64,000 nt of DNA from Oikopleura dioica. Taxonomy: Eukaryota; Animalia; Chordata. Positions 12,501-24,912 of this stretch are shown here, in pieces; within the stretch, counting starts at the first letter, position 1, and each line of letters opens with the position of its first letter. The position numbers were made by a program, and so were the translations under genes. The notes beneath the pieces were generated by a model that searched no databases, was not told the origin of the DNA, and saw only the letters and a program-made list of their open reading frames with translations. The stretch covers positions 14,198,001 through 14,262,000 of the forward strand of contig OU015568.1 in NCBI GenBank assembly GCA_907165135.1. The letters are read 5' to 3'.

Positions 12501-15500
12501 TTTCCAATTTAAGGAAAAGGGGATTCTGGGAAATTCTGGCTTCTGGGAAAAATGGATAGGCAAAATAACTGTATCTTCAAAAACACCGTATACCGTATTC
12601 GATTTTCAACATTTGATTCGAAAAATTAATCAGAAAGGTACAGTCGTCTCAGCTCGAAGCAATCGGATAAGAGGAGGAACAAAGGGCCTCACCGCTGGGA
12701 TTATCCGGCAATGGCAACCTGGCGAAGGCAAATTATTTGCGCCTAAAAACGTCAAATCTTCTCCCTTTCCCTTAGCGCGAAAAGTCATCAAGTCCCCTTC
12801 TTTGAAGAAGGAGAATAAGGGCGGAGGTACTTGGCGGATTTAAAATCTTTTGCCCTTCAATCAAGCCAATTCTATTATTAAAAATTGATATGGCTTCCAT
12901 TTCGCCAAAGAAAAAAAACGGGAGTTTACCAGTGCTCTGAATAATAGAAAGCATTAGAAATTTTCAGTGCAGCTGTCACGACGCGGCGCATTTTCTGACA
13001 AGGCTGGCATTGACCGTGAAGAGCTGTCAAACGCCGGCAGCTGATTGGCTCGCCAGTTTGACGGACGGCGCCGCGCCAAAGTTGACCTCGAGCGCCACCG
13101 TAAATTTTGGCGATTTTGCATTTTTACGAAATGCGTCTAATTTGACTTGTTTTCAAAAGCGATTCTACCACTCAGGAATAAGAAATGCCTTGCCTTAGTT
13201 CTAGTTCCGAATCGAGCCATGAATATTACTGATTATTCAGCTCGAAATATGGGTTTATTTGTTCAAATTTTGTACGAAAAAAATCTCATGTGTACGCACA
13301 CATTACCATTTTCCCACCACCCATATGTTTCTCTCTCTCTCTCTCTCGTTTTATTCTTATTATTCTAACTCGTGGATACAGATTCTGTGCTAATTAGTGA
13401 CCCGCGCATTTGCTTTGTTTTTCCACGAGATGGAAATGTTCGCCGATTAACATATCACCCGGATATTCTTTTCCAAACAGAGCTGCAGCTCATCCCGTTT
13501 TACGCTAATTTCCGGTCTCGGCCAGCTCCAAAAATATTCAGGAGATAGGCCAGGCCAAGCGTCTGCTTCCGGCAATCGAGAAAATCAAATTCAATTTTCG
13601 TCTTCTGCCAAAACTACTTACAGAAGCACTTTTGCGCGAATCGATCTTTTTCGACGGCAAATTAAGCATTTCTGATGTCTATATGTAACTAGGATCAATC
13701 AAAATGGAGTTACGTCAGACTTTGTTCCACGGTGACAGAATCTGTCGAGAGATTTATTAGAAATATCCTCTGGAACGTCTTTTCGCCGTCATTCTTGCCA
13801 TGTGTGTGACATGTGACAATGTCTGAGTGCTTTGTGGTGACATGGGCCGTTTCTCGTTGAGTCAATTAGCTGCCAGAAACGTTCAAAAGCGTCGTCGAAC
13901 GTGAGCTAATCTCAGCGCCCCCGTCGGATGCGCAAAATGTCACCTACTGACATTGGATGACATTCTAAGACAACAGCTGACATCAAGTGATGCAGCGTTG
14001 ATGGCAACACGTCACACTTTGAACGTTCTGACCAACCACAGTCATTTTTGATAAGTGATTTAGCTTCTTTCTAAGAAGAACCATTCTTCCCCTGTCTTTC
14101 CAGTTCCAAACATTTTTAAAGAGAAAAAATTGCCCGTAGAAAATTTTTAATTTTAAATTTGTCGAAAGCAAAAAGATGGCGTTTTAATGATGAATCGAAA
14201 TAATCGTTAGCGAAGATTTATTTCTGCAGATCGCTTTCGAGTCGATTTTTGCCAATGACAACGAGAACTCTCTGCGGAAAATAAATCTCATAGCGATGAA
14301 ATGAGCTTACTTACGGCAAAACTTACTGAGAACTCGTCAAAGTTACTCGACAAAGGTGGCGAGTCACGATCGTCGATAACAATTTCCACCGGCATTTTCG
14401 TCTTCAAGCACTGTATGTACCGATCTGTGAAGCTTCTACATAGTTCATGCACCTGAAAAGAGGGTTTCGCTTTTTCAAACTTTTTGAATATGGAAACCTT
14501 TTCGAGCTCGAGCAGGTGGAGGCGGAGGACGCCGATGGCCATCACCATCTAAAAAGAGAAAGGTTACTATTAGGGAAGGCGAATCAAAGCGGAGGGAATT
14601 GCTTGTATCTCGAATTTCTGGCCGACAAGGTACGCTAATCGGCCGAGCTGTTGTAATTCGCTGCAGTGCGACAGGCAAAGTGGACCTTGTCAATTCGGAC
14701 AGGGACTCTAGCGGCTCCCGGGCCCTCGTCCTTGAAAGATATCGGCAGTACAGCTATTCAGCCGGGGCAATTCCTAATCCGTCCTTTTACTTGTCAAAAC
14801 AGTGCGCGCGAAACTGGCCACTGCCACTTACCAGCTGGTCGCTCTCGGAGTTCGGGTCGTAGCACCATTGTCTTGACGGGTCGTTCTTGAACTGAAATAG
14901 ACATGCGTCAGCTACTGTACTTTTTAGGCGTAAAGGAAATGCTTGATCAGCCGCATTATCTCCATTTGCATGTGTCGTTACACACTTGTATACTTGTAAG
15001 CTTCGGCACACAAAAGCGCGCGGACAATAAACAACCTCTCACGGTTATTTAGCGGCTCTTTTCTAGCGCACAGACCTTCGTTACAAAAAATTATAGATAA
15101 GAAAAAAAGCATTTGGTAGTTTTTAAAAGTCGATCAATCAAGGGCCGAAATCGAAGTCGCCCTTATCGCCATTCGCGGTGAGCGCAAGTGATAAGAAACA
15201 CTTCCGGAGTAGAAGATGCTTCACACGAGCGAGAAAAAAGTATGTGAATGCAGCTGTCAATTTTAGGCAATTTTGGAAGTTGGAGGATTCGATTTCGTGA
15301 TGTGAACATCGATGCAATTTTCGGCTTTCTAGTAATAACGGCGCGAGTGTCAAAGCTCATCGCTGCTCAAAGAAGTCTCGTAAAAATGTTGCGCGACAAA
15401 GCGAACGTAAATCATTTTATATTTTAATCCGCTGGCTGACAGCACCCCGGAAGTGGATGTTTTACGGGCACCCAAATCATATGGCAAACTTTTACCGCTA

Positions 15501-16551
15501 CTACTTTTACGCCAAGTGCAATTTAGAGCTGCTTTTTGAGTCTTGTGCTCTTTGATGTTATTTTTAGCCAAAACTACCATTAGGGTAAGTATGTTAAAAT
15601 TGGAAAAAGTTCGTTTCTGACATTTTATTGCATTTTCTCCAAAACTTACTTCAGATGCAAAACGGGAGATGTCCTCAGAAAAGCTCTCAGCAGAACAGAC
15701 ATCAGCTGGTCCTGCAGACGAGTCACGTGGGTTGGCTGTGGCGAGCTCGCATTTTTGGAAGATTAATCGTAGCAAGGGAAATAACGGGTGGCTAGAAATA
15801 GGTTTTAGTGGGAAATAAACAATGAAACTATCCCATTTGGATTATGATAATTTTAACTCCCAAAAAATTCTCATCTGGGCCTTTTTTTCTCGTGTTTGAG
15901 AAAATTCAATTTTTGTAAAAAATGAAGCGCTGGATTCTTTTTCGTTTTACTTTCACAACCGGAGGTGAATGCTGGTGTCGCCAGCTGAATCTGGTGTAAA
16001 CATTTCACCTTTGGCGCCAAATGTTGTTCTTATGCGCATGTAATCCGCTTGTTTGAAAAAAGACGCAGGAAAGGATTCGGCTGCATTTGCATTCGAGGCC
16101 TTCATTAACGGGGATAAACTCGAATTTATAATTCTAAACATAACCAGCAGAATAATCGAATTCAAAAAAGCGTAAACATTTTGTTATGCTTAGGGCTTAT
16201 TTTTATTTTATAAATAAATTCTCATCAAAGTGTGAAAATGAGTGGCAATTTTTAATTCAAAAACTTATTCTATAAAATCGAATCTATTCAAAAAGATTAC
16301 CTTGAAATAACATCTTTGTCTTGCTGCAATTGCGGATCTTCGAAGTGAACTCCTTGTGGACCGAAATCTTGTCCAAAGGCTGGCATCATCGAGCCATCTC
16401 CATACTGAAACAGGATTAGGATTCTCTATGTCATTTCTCGGGTTCATCACGGAACCAGATCAACCACTCCTTCATGTATTTTTCTCTAAACTAAAAAATC
16501 GCCGCTTCTGGATAGTTGCTTCTGCAACTATTTGCAACTGCTATTTACCAT
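6512..16551 (-). CDS. Meis: Meis TALE-class homeobox transcription factor (about 13 exons)
   Basis: MEINOX HM1 [27 protein letters not shown]...[15 protein letters not shown] (exons near 16301-16404 and 15650-15791). Linker exon 14832-14891. HM2 [47 protein letters not shown]. Homeodomain [68 protein letters not shown]. Gly/Pro-rich tail stops at 6512. Probable ATG at 16551-16549. Confidence 0.96.
8880..8922. promoter_or_regulatory. Cluster of TGACA(G) TALE-binding motifs in a Meis intron
   Basis: CTGTCA at 8882 and 8915 and TTGTCA at 8903, just upstream of an exon acceptor. More copies near 9057 and 9285. Confidence 0.4.
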
Positions 16552-19500
16552 GAATCAGTGTCGAGTTCTCTCTCTGTGGAAGAAAAAAAGGAGTTGTCTT
16601 GTGGGTTTCTTGGCGCAATTCAGAGTATCAAAATGCATCCACTGATATGTCACAGAGATCCAAAGAGCTTTCCGGCGTGCAAACACTGGAATCGAAAATT
16701 GCGCCACCCAATATGTGCAAATTAATGCCTCGTTTACAAAAACGTCATCAATCTTTATGAATATAATAGTCGCATGCTCAAATCATGGTATACATCGCCG
16801 ATGTATACCATTACCCTTAAGCTCTACTGAAGGTTGCTACAGATATCGCGAAAAAAACTTGGTCCGATCAAGTTTGAGTTCGTCGAGTTTAGACCGGCGC
16901 TATTTAGTAAAAGACTTGTCAAATCATGTCGATTTGTGGATAACTAGAAATAATTTATGTTGAAGAAAACTGAACAGAACTATAAATTCTTCAATAATAA
17001 CAGATTTATGTTGTTCTCTCCAAATTCGTACGAAAAGTTTTCGGAGCCTTCAACAGTAGATATTTGAGATTTCCGAGTAAGTCAAAAATCGTCTGAAAAA
17101 TTATGATGATGCAGGATCGTAAATCAGCAGCACCGAAAATTGTGCAGAGGTGCCTGGGAACGAAGTGATTTCAGTAATCGATGAATGGCCACACATTTAA
17201 CTACTAGATTGACAAAGTTAACGAGGCCTACGGGTGCGTGAAATTTAGAGAGGCGGAGTCAGTCCCTGGGAACTGATTTTATTACCATTAGTTACAAGCC
17301 AAAGTTTGAGCGAATTATACTGTTAAGACTAATGTTGTACCACCTGCCTTTATATTTTGCAATGCAGAATCTGCTGAATTCAACCTGGAAGAAGCTCAAA
17401 GTCAGAAAGCGCCTTGGCTTCAAATTAGACATTTATTCGTTCAATCGTGATTTACGAGTTTACGATAAATGCAAATAGAGAAACAGGTGTGGAGCATTTC
17501 TCGACGTAAATTGAAATGTATTTACTAAGCGAAATAAATTATCCTGGGAAAAACGGATAGTTTACTTTCTGGTAGTAACAGGGGTATCTTTCTGATAGTT
17601 CCCTGACAGGTGCTTTTTATGTCGCCAGATAACTACCCGCAGCGGGATTTTTGAGAGTACCCTTGTCTTATTCAGAAGTTTCGCATGACAAAGCTTTCAA
17701 TTCCACGCTTGGTGCTTGAAAGCTATATTTACAGTGTCAAGATTTCCAAAATTTAATTGACAAGGTGACAATTTAAAAATTATTTCATCTATTTTTCTGC
17801 TCCGAAAAAAACAAAACGCTAATCATGAATCACAACTAGAATTCTAGTTGACAATCTTGGGGAAGGCATCTGGTGCGAAAACTGAAAATTGAAGGTGGTA
17901 GCAAAAAATATCTTCATGAGAAGGACAGTACTGTCAGATGAAAGCGGCCTCATCTTCCGTGATGTCTGACGATGATTTGGGTAGGGTACTCGAGATTTTA
18001 TGCGCGCACGGCCTTATCGAATAATATGGAGACGTTTGGACTGATCTGTGCGATGCGTGCCCAAACCGCTGTGTTTGGAGGTGGATTTGTCGCTTTGATC
18101 CGACCAAGCGCTCTCAGGCCATCGCGAAACAACAAATCTCGATGTGCATGTTCGTAAATATAGGGCGCAATCTATTTGTAATGCTAAGACTAGTGCGAGT
18201 TCTCATTGTATGAAGATTCTGAGAAGATTTTGAAAAGGATTTCGGGAACATATCATTGCTATGTAAGCGATTACTGTATAAATTTTATGCTCAGCAAAGC
18301 TTTTTCCTAGCTCTAGAATTGCTTTCGACAATGTCAGGCAGACAGTCTTATCAAAAGTCTCTGGTATTAAAAAATCCTATACTAGAACTCAACTGCAATC
18401 AGTAAGCATGTCAATCAAGGAATTCCATTCTCCCTGTCAAGTCATAGCTTCTTGTTCCCCGGTTCGAATGCTCACGTTCTGTGTGCCCAATGCATGTTTG
18501 CATCACGCTATCGGAACGGTGGCTTCAAAGGGCCTCAAACTAAGTTTCTGTTTGTGACCTTGACAGGTCTCTGCATCACAACGATATGCTGAAGCGGGAC
18601 AATTACTTTTAATTATTTATGCTGAGTTGGGTATCTGTTTGCATCGGTACACTATCGTCTGGCGATACGACAGAAGAAAGACCCCTTCCGACTGGTAAAC
18701 ATAAAACGGAATTTTTCACTGCTCAAAGAAGAACTACTGGTAATGCTCGTGAAAGGGCTCAAAGGGACTTACAGTAAGTCTATCCAAATTTACAAAAATG
18801 TAAATCAAAGAGTTAGCCGACGCAAGTCAGCTTAATTTTTAATTCAAAAATTGACTTATTAGTTTTATAATAAAGCCGTCAGTGCACTGCTGTGCCTCCG
18901 ATTGACAGCAAATCCATTCGCGTCAAGCCCTGTCCATACGAGAGCGCAATCCGATTTCGCCTCAACTACTACCATCAGCTCAAACTCGAAATATATCAAG
19001 GTCAGCGAATCTGCCTAAGTGAGGCTGACACATTACTGCATCAATCGACAGAAACAGTGATTATTAGGGTTCAGCCAGTCAGTATAAGACAGTGTCGTAA
19101 TATATCGAGTCAATGATTGTTGATATTGGTTCTGTTATTATAAAATTTACCTGTTCTGACATCGTGATGGCTTTTCTGTTGAAAGAATCTTCAGTGAAGT
19201 CGGTTAAGTAGTTGACAGGAATCTTCTTTGATCATGGATATCTTCTATGCTCGTCCTAAACAGATGAATAAACCTTTTAAAAACACCCGCCTTGAGGGGA
19301 TAAAAGCGAGCCAGGAAGACCGCGCGAGTAAAGTTACACCTTGTGCGAAAGAAGCACAGAAGTGGCCCGAGGAGAGTGACAAACGCGAAGGCTGACAGCA
19401 TCTGACAGCGTGAAACCACCACCGCTGATTGATGTCGTCTCAATTAACTCTTCAACTCTTATTAAAGACAAAGCTTGCGACTTTCGGGCTGATCAAAAGA

Positions 19501-21046
19501 CGACGCGCATCATGTTCGACGCGACGGGATGATCTTTTCTGACTTTCACTCAAAGTAGCCAAGCTTACTTTACCAATCAAAGCTTTCATGACCAGAGTTC
19601 TAACTTAGATCATCTTGGAAGGCCATTGTCAATGTACTGGTTGAAAATCTTTGATGGAGGAGGTACTACGATGGGAAGAGGAAAAAATGAGAGCATTCTA
19701 ATTTGAAGAAGCCCTTTCTTCGTTGTTTACGCCCGACGGAAGCGTAGCCATCTCCGGGATCCCTTCCGTCGATCATCGAATAAATTTGCGCTTCCAGGGA
19801 TATTTCGGAAAACACTCATAAATCGTTACAAAATTGTTTACCTTCTGTCACTCTCTCCCCTCCGCACCATATTTTCGCGGAGCGGCTCTTGCCAACAACC
19901 GTTTAGGGTCAAGAATACCGAAACGGGATGAGTTTATTAAGCAATTTCCTGAAAGAAAGAATCGCCCCTCGCACTCGCTGAAATTACTCAATTTCGCCAT
20001 TTCCGAGTTCGATTCTTATTATTTAATTCCAAAATTTAGCCGTAATTGTGCGCTTCCGCGAAATTTGAAAATGAGTCTAGGCGCCAAGTTGAGTATAAAT
20101 ACAGAGCAATAAAAAAAGGGAAACGATCTTTCTGAATTCGTAAAAAATAGGGGCGACACTTGAGGAAGGAGATTTATTCTGGATCAGGACTGATGGAACT
20201 CGCCCACTGACGTGAAGCTTGTCGCCGATGGCACCTCGACGTCATTGAGAGACAACCCATCAAACTTGCGCTGATAGAATGCAACATCCTTATCGAATCA
20301 ACTTCTGTGATCGTTATTGACCGTTTGACACGAATATTTTTTGAAATTGAAATTCATCAAAGGAAACCGCGATTCAATTTCAATGATTTTGGCATGCAAA
20401 TGAATGAATGCATGAGAAAACAACTGCTCGTCGAAAACAGCTGATCTTTTCGAATTCGCGCATTTAATGTGACGCGGATCCGGCTTTGGGCACAGAGATA
20501 TGTTCGATTCGATTTCGTCCCGCGGCAGGGATGAAACGAAATCGTCCTAGCTCGACGCTGATCCCCTTAATTTTTCGAAGAGATATTCTTTTGGGAAAAT
20601 AAGATAATTTCGATCATAGATATTTGCGTAAAATGCCGCGTATTCTTACAGAATCGGAAGTAAAAATTATTAGGGACTATTGAAGTTGGCGAGCTCCTGC
20701 TGGGCTAATCTTGTCGCCTGTCGAGAAAATTTCGCGCTCATCATTTTTTACAAAGAACCAGGAAAGGATCATTGTACTGGTAGAGGTTCTAATTATTGGA
20801 TAAATAAACTTTAATCAGTGTCTTCTTAATTGGCCCAGACAGGGACAGATTAATCTTCTTTCTACCTTCGTCTTTTCTTGTTTTATCTATAAAAACTTGC
20901 TAACAAGGGCTTCTCAACTATCGAACATAAAATAAAGGGCTTTCGATAGTGACAACGGTATTGAGTAGAAGGCGGGGTAGCTCTAGAATCTCGAAGCAAG
21001 ACTTTTTTTCAAATTCAGCGGGGCTAAATTTCGTTATTACATGAAG

Positions 21047-21110
21047 CTGTCAACTTCTGACAGCTGCGTTGACAGCTCGGCGGGAGAGCCCCAAACCTTA
21101 TCAGTGACAG
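21047..21110. promoter_or_regulatory. Four TGACAG motifs in 64 bp
   Basis: CTGTCA at 21047 and TGACAG at 21058, 21070 and 21105. TGACAG is the established Meis/TGIF consensus. Confidence 0.45.
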
Positions 21111-21123
21111 GAAGGTCGCTTAC

Positions 21124-21455
21124 CTTGAGGCAGTGTCTCGGACTTCTAGCGCTGCGCCGTTTCTCTTGGTCGGACTTTCTCGCTTTCTCTCTTGAAATCG
21201 CTCCTGGCTTGTAGACTTGCCAGCTGGTTCGGAAGAGAACGTCGGTCTTGATCTCTGAGCAGAGAACGCAATTGGTTCTTTGACAGCGCTTGACAGAAGG
21301 AGAAAATCGTCCAGGCGGCGCTGTCGAGCATCGCTACTCGTACGCGCTACTTTTCGACGATCATCAACAATTTCTGCCCCTAAATCATCATCAGCCGTGA
21401 TTTCTTCGAGGAGTGAGGAACACTTCACCACAGACAGCTTGAGAGGCGAAATCAT
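21124..21455 (-). CDS. Orphan coding exon, candidate alternative first exon of Meis
   Basis: Open frame MISPLKL...NGAALEVRDTAS ends in a strong donor AG|GTAAGC at 21124 in phase 2, compatible with the phase-2 acceptor of the HPLFPLL exon at 15791. Confidence 0.35.
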
Positions 21456-24400
21456 TTTACAGCCTTTATCAGCTTCTTCCTCAAATGCGGCCCTAAATGT
21501 CCACTCGAGGGAGGAAATTTTTGTCACTTATCAATCAAAATTTCGAAAAAATTCCAATTTTTTCTCGACCTCAAGTTCTAAAACCGATGAAATACTGTAT
21601 AAATAAAGCAATGACCGAAGGAGATTTCGATGATGGCTGTATGTATCAATCTGTACAAATCCCTGACAATTGAAGACATAAATGACAGCACGCGAAAACC
21701 CAAATTATATTCAAAAGAATTGGCAAGACCAAGACACACCGACAGAATGACAATAATGACTCCTTTATTCTTGAGAATGAATTAATCGATGCAACAAATT
21801 ATGTTGAAAATCCAGCTCTCCAGAATACGCGAGATAAAGTGGAAACAGTGAGTTGCTTCGGAAATGTCATTTGGCTTACGGTAATGACACATTTTCAAAG
21901 CTGGCGTATATTGATTTTCCAGACATTTTGAGACGACATTGGCGGAAATATCACACCGGGATACATCGCGCTAGATTTATGGCTCGTGAAACACGGAAGT
22001 GGATGGTCGGTTTACGACCACTAATTTTCATACTTTCCAGTTTTCCGAAGTTCAAGACTCTTCAATATTTCGAACTCAACTTGCGACATTCTCTTTTGCC
22101 AGATGCAGAAACTCGCAAGAATTAAATAGATCAGAATCGCTTTATTTTGAACGAGAAAACTGAGCCGGTTTTCTTCGAAACCATCAATTAGTCGAAATTC
22201 GCCTCATTACAATTCTGATCAAATTCATAAAGTTGTAATTGAAGGGAATCTGCCGGATGCGGCACTCGATCCATCAACTTTTACAAGGGAAGTCGCGCGC
22301 ATCAGGAAAAATAATATGAGATGGAGGAAAGCTGAAACCGCCAATTGCACTGAAGTCTTTTTGAAGAGTCACCTTCAAGGTCGAATATTGAAGCTTCAAA
22401 GCTGTACGAAATGATTTTGAATTTTTGGACCGATTCCCGAGGGAGCAGCAGTAGTTGTGCTCCGTCGGAGATTTCGATTTGAAGTGACAGCCCTGTCGAA
22501 GCCGCTCAATTCGCCCAGACAAGCACAACTTATTTCGACAAGTCAAAGTCACAAATCAATATTAACCTGGGAATTCAGAGATTTGCAAAAAAAAATATTG
22601 AACTCAATTGAGCAATGAGCGATCTTGCCCTGAGAATTTATATCTGTTGGTCAATTAATGAAGTGACCCGCTAAAATTGGCGTAAAATGACAGCGTAAAT
22701 CAAAAAAGCATCATCAAAACATAACCCGGAAATCCTCGTTGACTTCTATATAGCTTCAACTTATTGTCATATCTTATCGTTCTCTCGTAAAACTCAAGTC
22801 GTTATTTATCGGCTGATCTCGGCCCCGATGAGTAAATCAACGGAGACTTGTTAGAGAGTGCCGGAAGTGCTCGTACGTCAAGGCTTGTTTCAGCCGCTCT
22901 CATCTAACCTCACTGAATGACTAAACAAAAATCACATTTGTTAATAAAATTATACTTTTCAATGAATACTTTCCAAGCTAAATCACTTCAGAGTTTTCTT
23001 ACCATCTTTTTTGAGGTAAAATTTACTAAATTATTTGTTTTTAACAAAACTTACAGCAGTCGAAAATCCCATTCAGTGACCTTGCCAAACATGCATCTAA
23101 AAGTTAATTGACTCAATTGACAGGTTTGATAGGAATAGAAGTTGGCCGCGCAATGAAACATGACTTGAATTTGGCCACAGAAATTGAAAGAATAAAATAA
23201 GAAAGTAAAAAAGCGCTGCAAATATTTGAATCTGTCAAAATATGGGCGCCGATGCACTCGAGATATTCGCACGCTAAGGGCGGCTACCCAACATTTGATA
23301 ATGACGCAAATATTTGGCCCATTTGCTACCGTAGGTTTTTTCCATATGGCCTGGGAAAATACATCATTGGTATCTGTACCGAGAAGATAGAAGCAAAGGC
23401 ATTAACTGTTGACTAATTCACTGTTGTCTTTAATGCTTCATAATCGACAGCTGAGGCATCAATTGCTGTCTCTGCAATACATACGATCCCATATTGACAC
23501 CACAAATTGATCATACCCTCGAATCGTGATTTATGTCGACATTCGAAGTTTCATTTTTTCCCGAAGGGTCACGTGCCCTTCGGAGGCTATAAAATTGGAG
23601 TTTGACAGAATGACAGCCGGAAAGGGACCCCTAAAGTGTCGTTTATGGGAGCAGTACTAATCGTGTGGAATTTCCGAGGATTCGGGAAGGCGCACGCGAC
23701 GGATATTTTTATGATCAGTTAATTAGACAGTTGATTAGCCGTTCTTGCGGTTACTCAAGAATGGTCTCTTCTTTGAGAAGTTCGAGCGTATTCAGTAGCC
23801 CGAATCTTCGAATGATGGACAGCTCGATTCTGACTTGACATAGTAATGCAAAGATAGAGTCGATCGAGTAGCAACTGTATTAAACAGAGAAGAACTCATG
23901 TTTGTCGACTGTCGGGCCATTCGGTTACAGTTCTTGCTTCACGAGCGCTAGTATTGCTGTTTGCGCCGCGTCAAGTTGAGTCCATTGAAGTCGATGTTGC
24001 CTGTTTGCGATGGTTGACAGGCCTCTTCGGGCAACCTCTTGAGCCTGACAAAATTGTATTTGCGGACCTGCTTAAACTTTGATCCAGATCACCCGCAAGC
24101 TTATCCTTCTCATCAGCTTTTTCGACGCTAGAAAGTGCATACCGTAACTGATTTACCGCCATTTGAATGCCGTGTTACAGTATTTTCCTTTTTTCTATGC
24201 TGACATTCTGGACAGTCAACTTCAGTCTCTTTGATGAGTTAGCATCAACGCTCCAGAAGACACTGGCTATGTAGATAACAGATGGAGCTAACTTCGCTGA
24301 TCCAAGGAGAGATCATTAATCGAGTTGTCTTCGTTGATTGCCCCCTGCCGACATCAAGTCTAACCTCTGAGAAAAAAACTCTGAATATTGACTCAATGCG

Positions 24401-24912
24401 TTAAAATGATAAATTTCTTTTTATCAGCTGGTTATTTTTTTCCTAAAACATACAAATTTATCCTTTTGTCTCAAACTTTATTCTTATAAATTTCTAGACG
24501 GGGTTACGTAAATCATCTGATACCCAAAATCAATTGTTTCAAAAAATTAAAATAAAGTAAACATTAAAAACATGATGCTTACGCCACCACCAGTTAACTT
24601 TCGTCTTCCCACCAGAACTGGGTCATTACATAACACCTTTTCCATGCAATTGAGTGCTGATTCGGTTACGTAACGTGCCCTCCGGTTCCTCATCGACAAC
24701 AGAATTGCCTATTTTTTCAGGATCTGGCTCGAAAATCGTTACTCTTTTTATTGCCACTTCGAAAAATAAATCAGATTTTGAACTTTTTCCGTTTATTCCC
24801 TCTTCTTCCGTTCAAAGTTCAGAGATTGAAAAAAAAGACGAAAATTTCCTCAGAGACTCCCTTTCTTTATATTTATTTATTCTACTGATTGCTTTATTTT
24901 CAAGAAGGTGCG

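Noticed and set aside
21610-24650. Scattered exon-like blocks between the Meis upstream region and glycogenin
   Set aside because: Could not be spliced into a consistent open frame or matched to a family.
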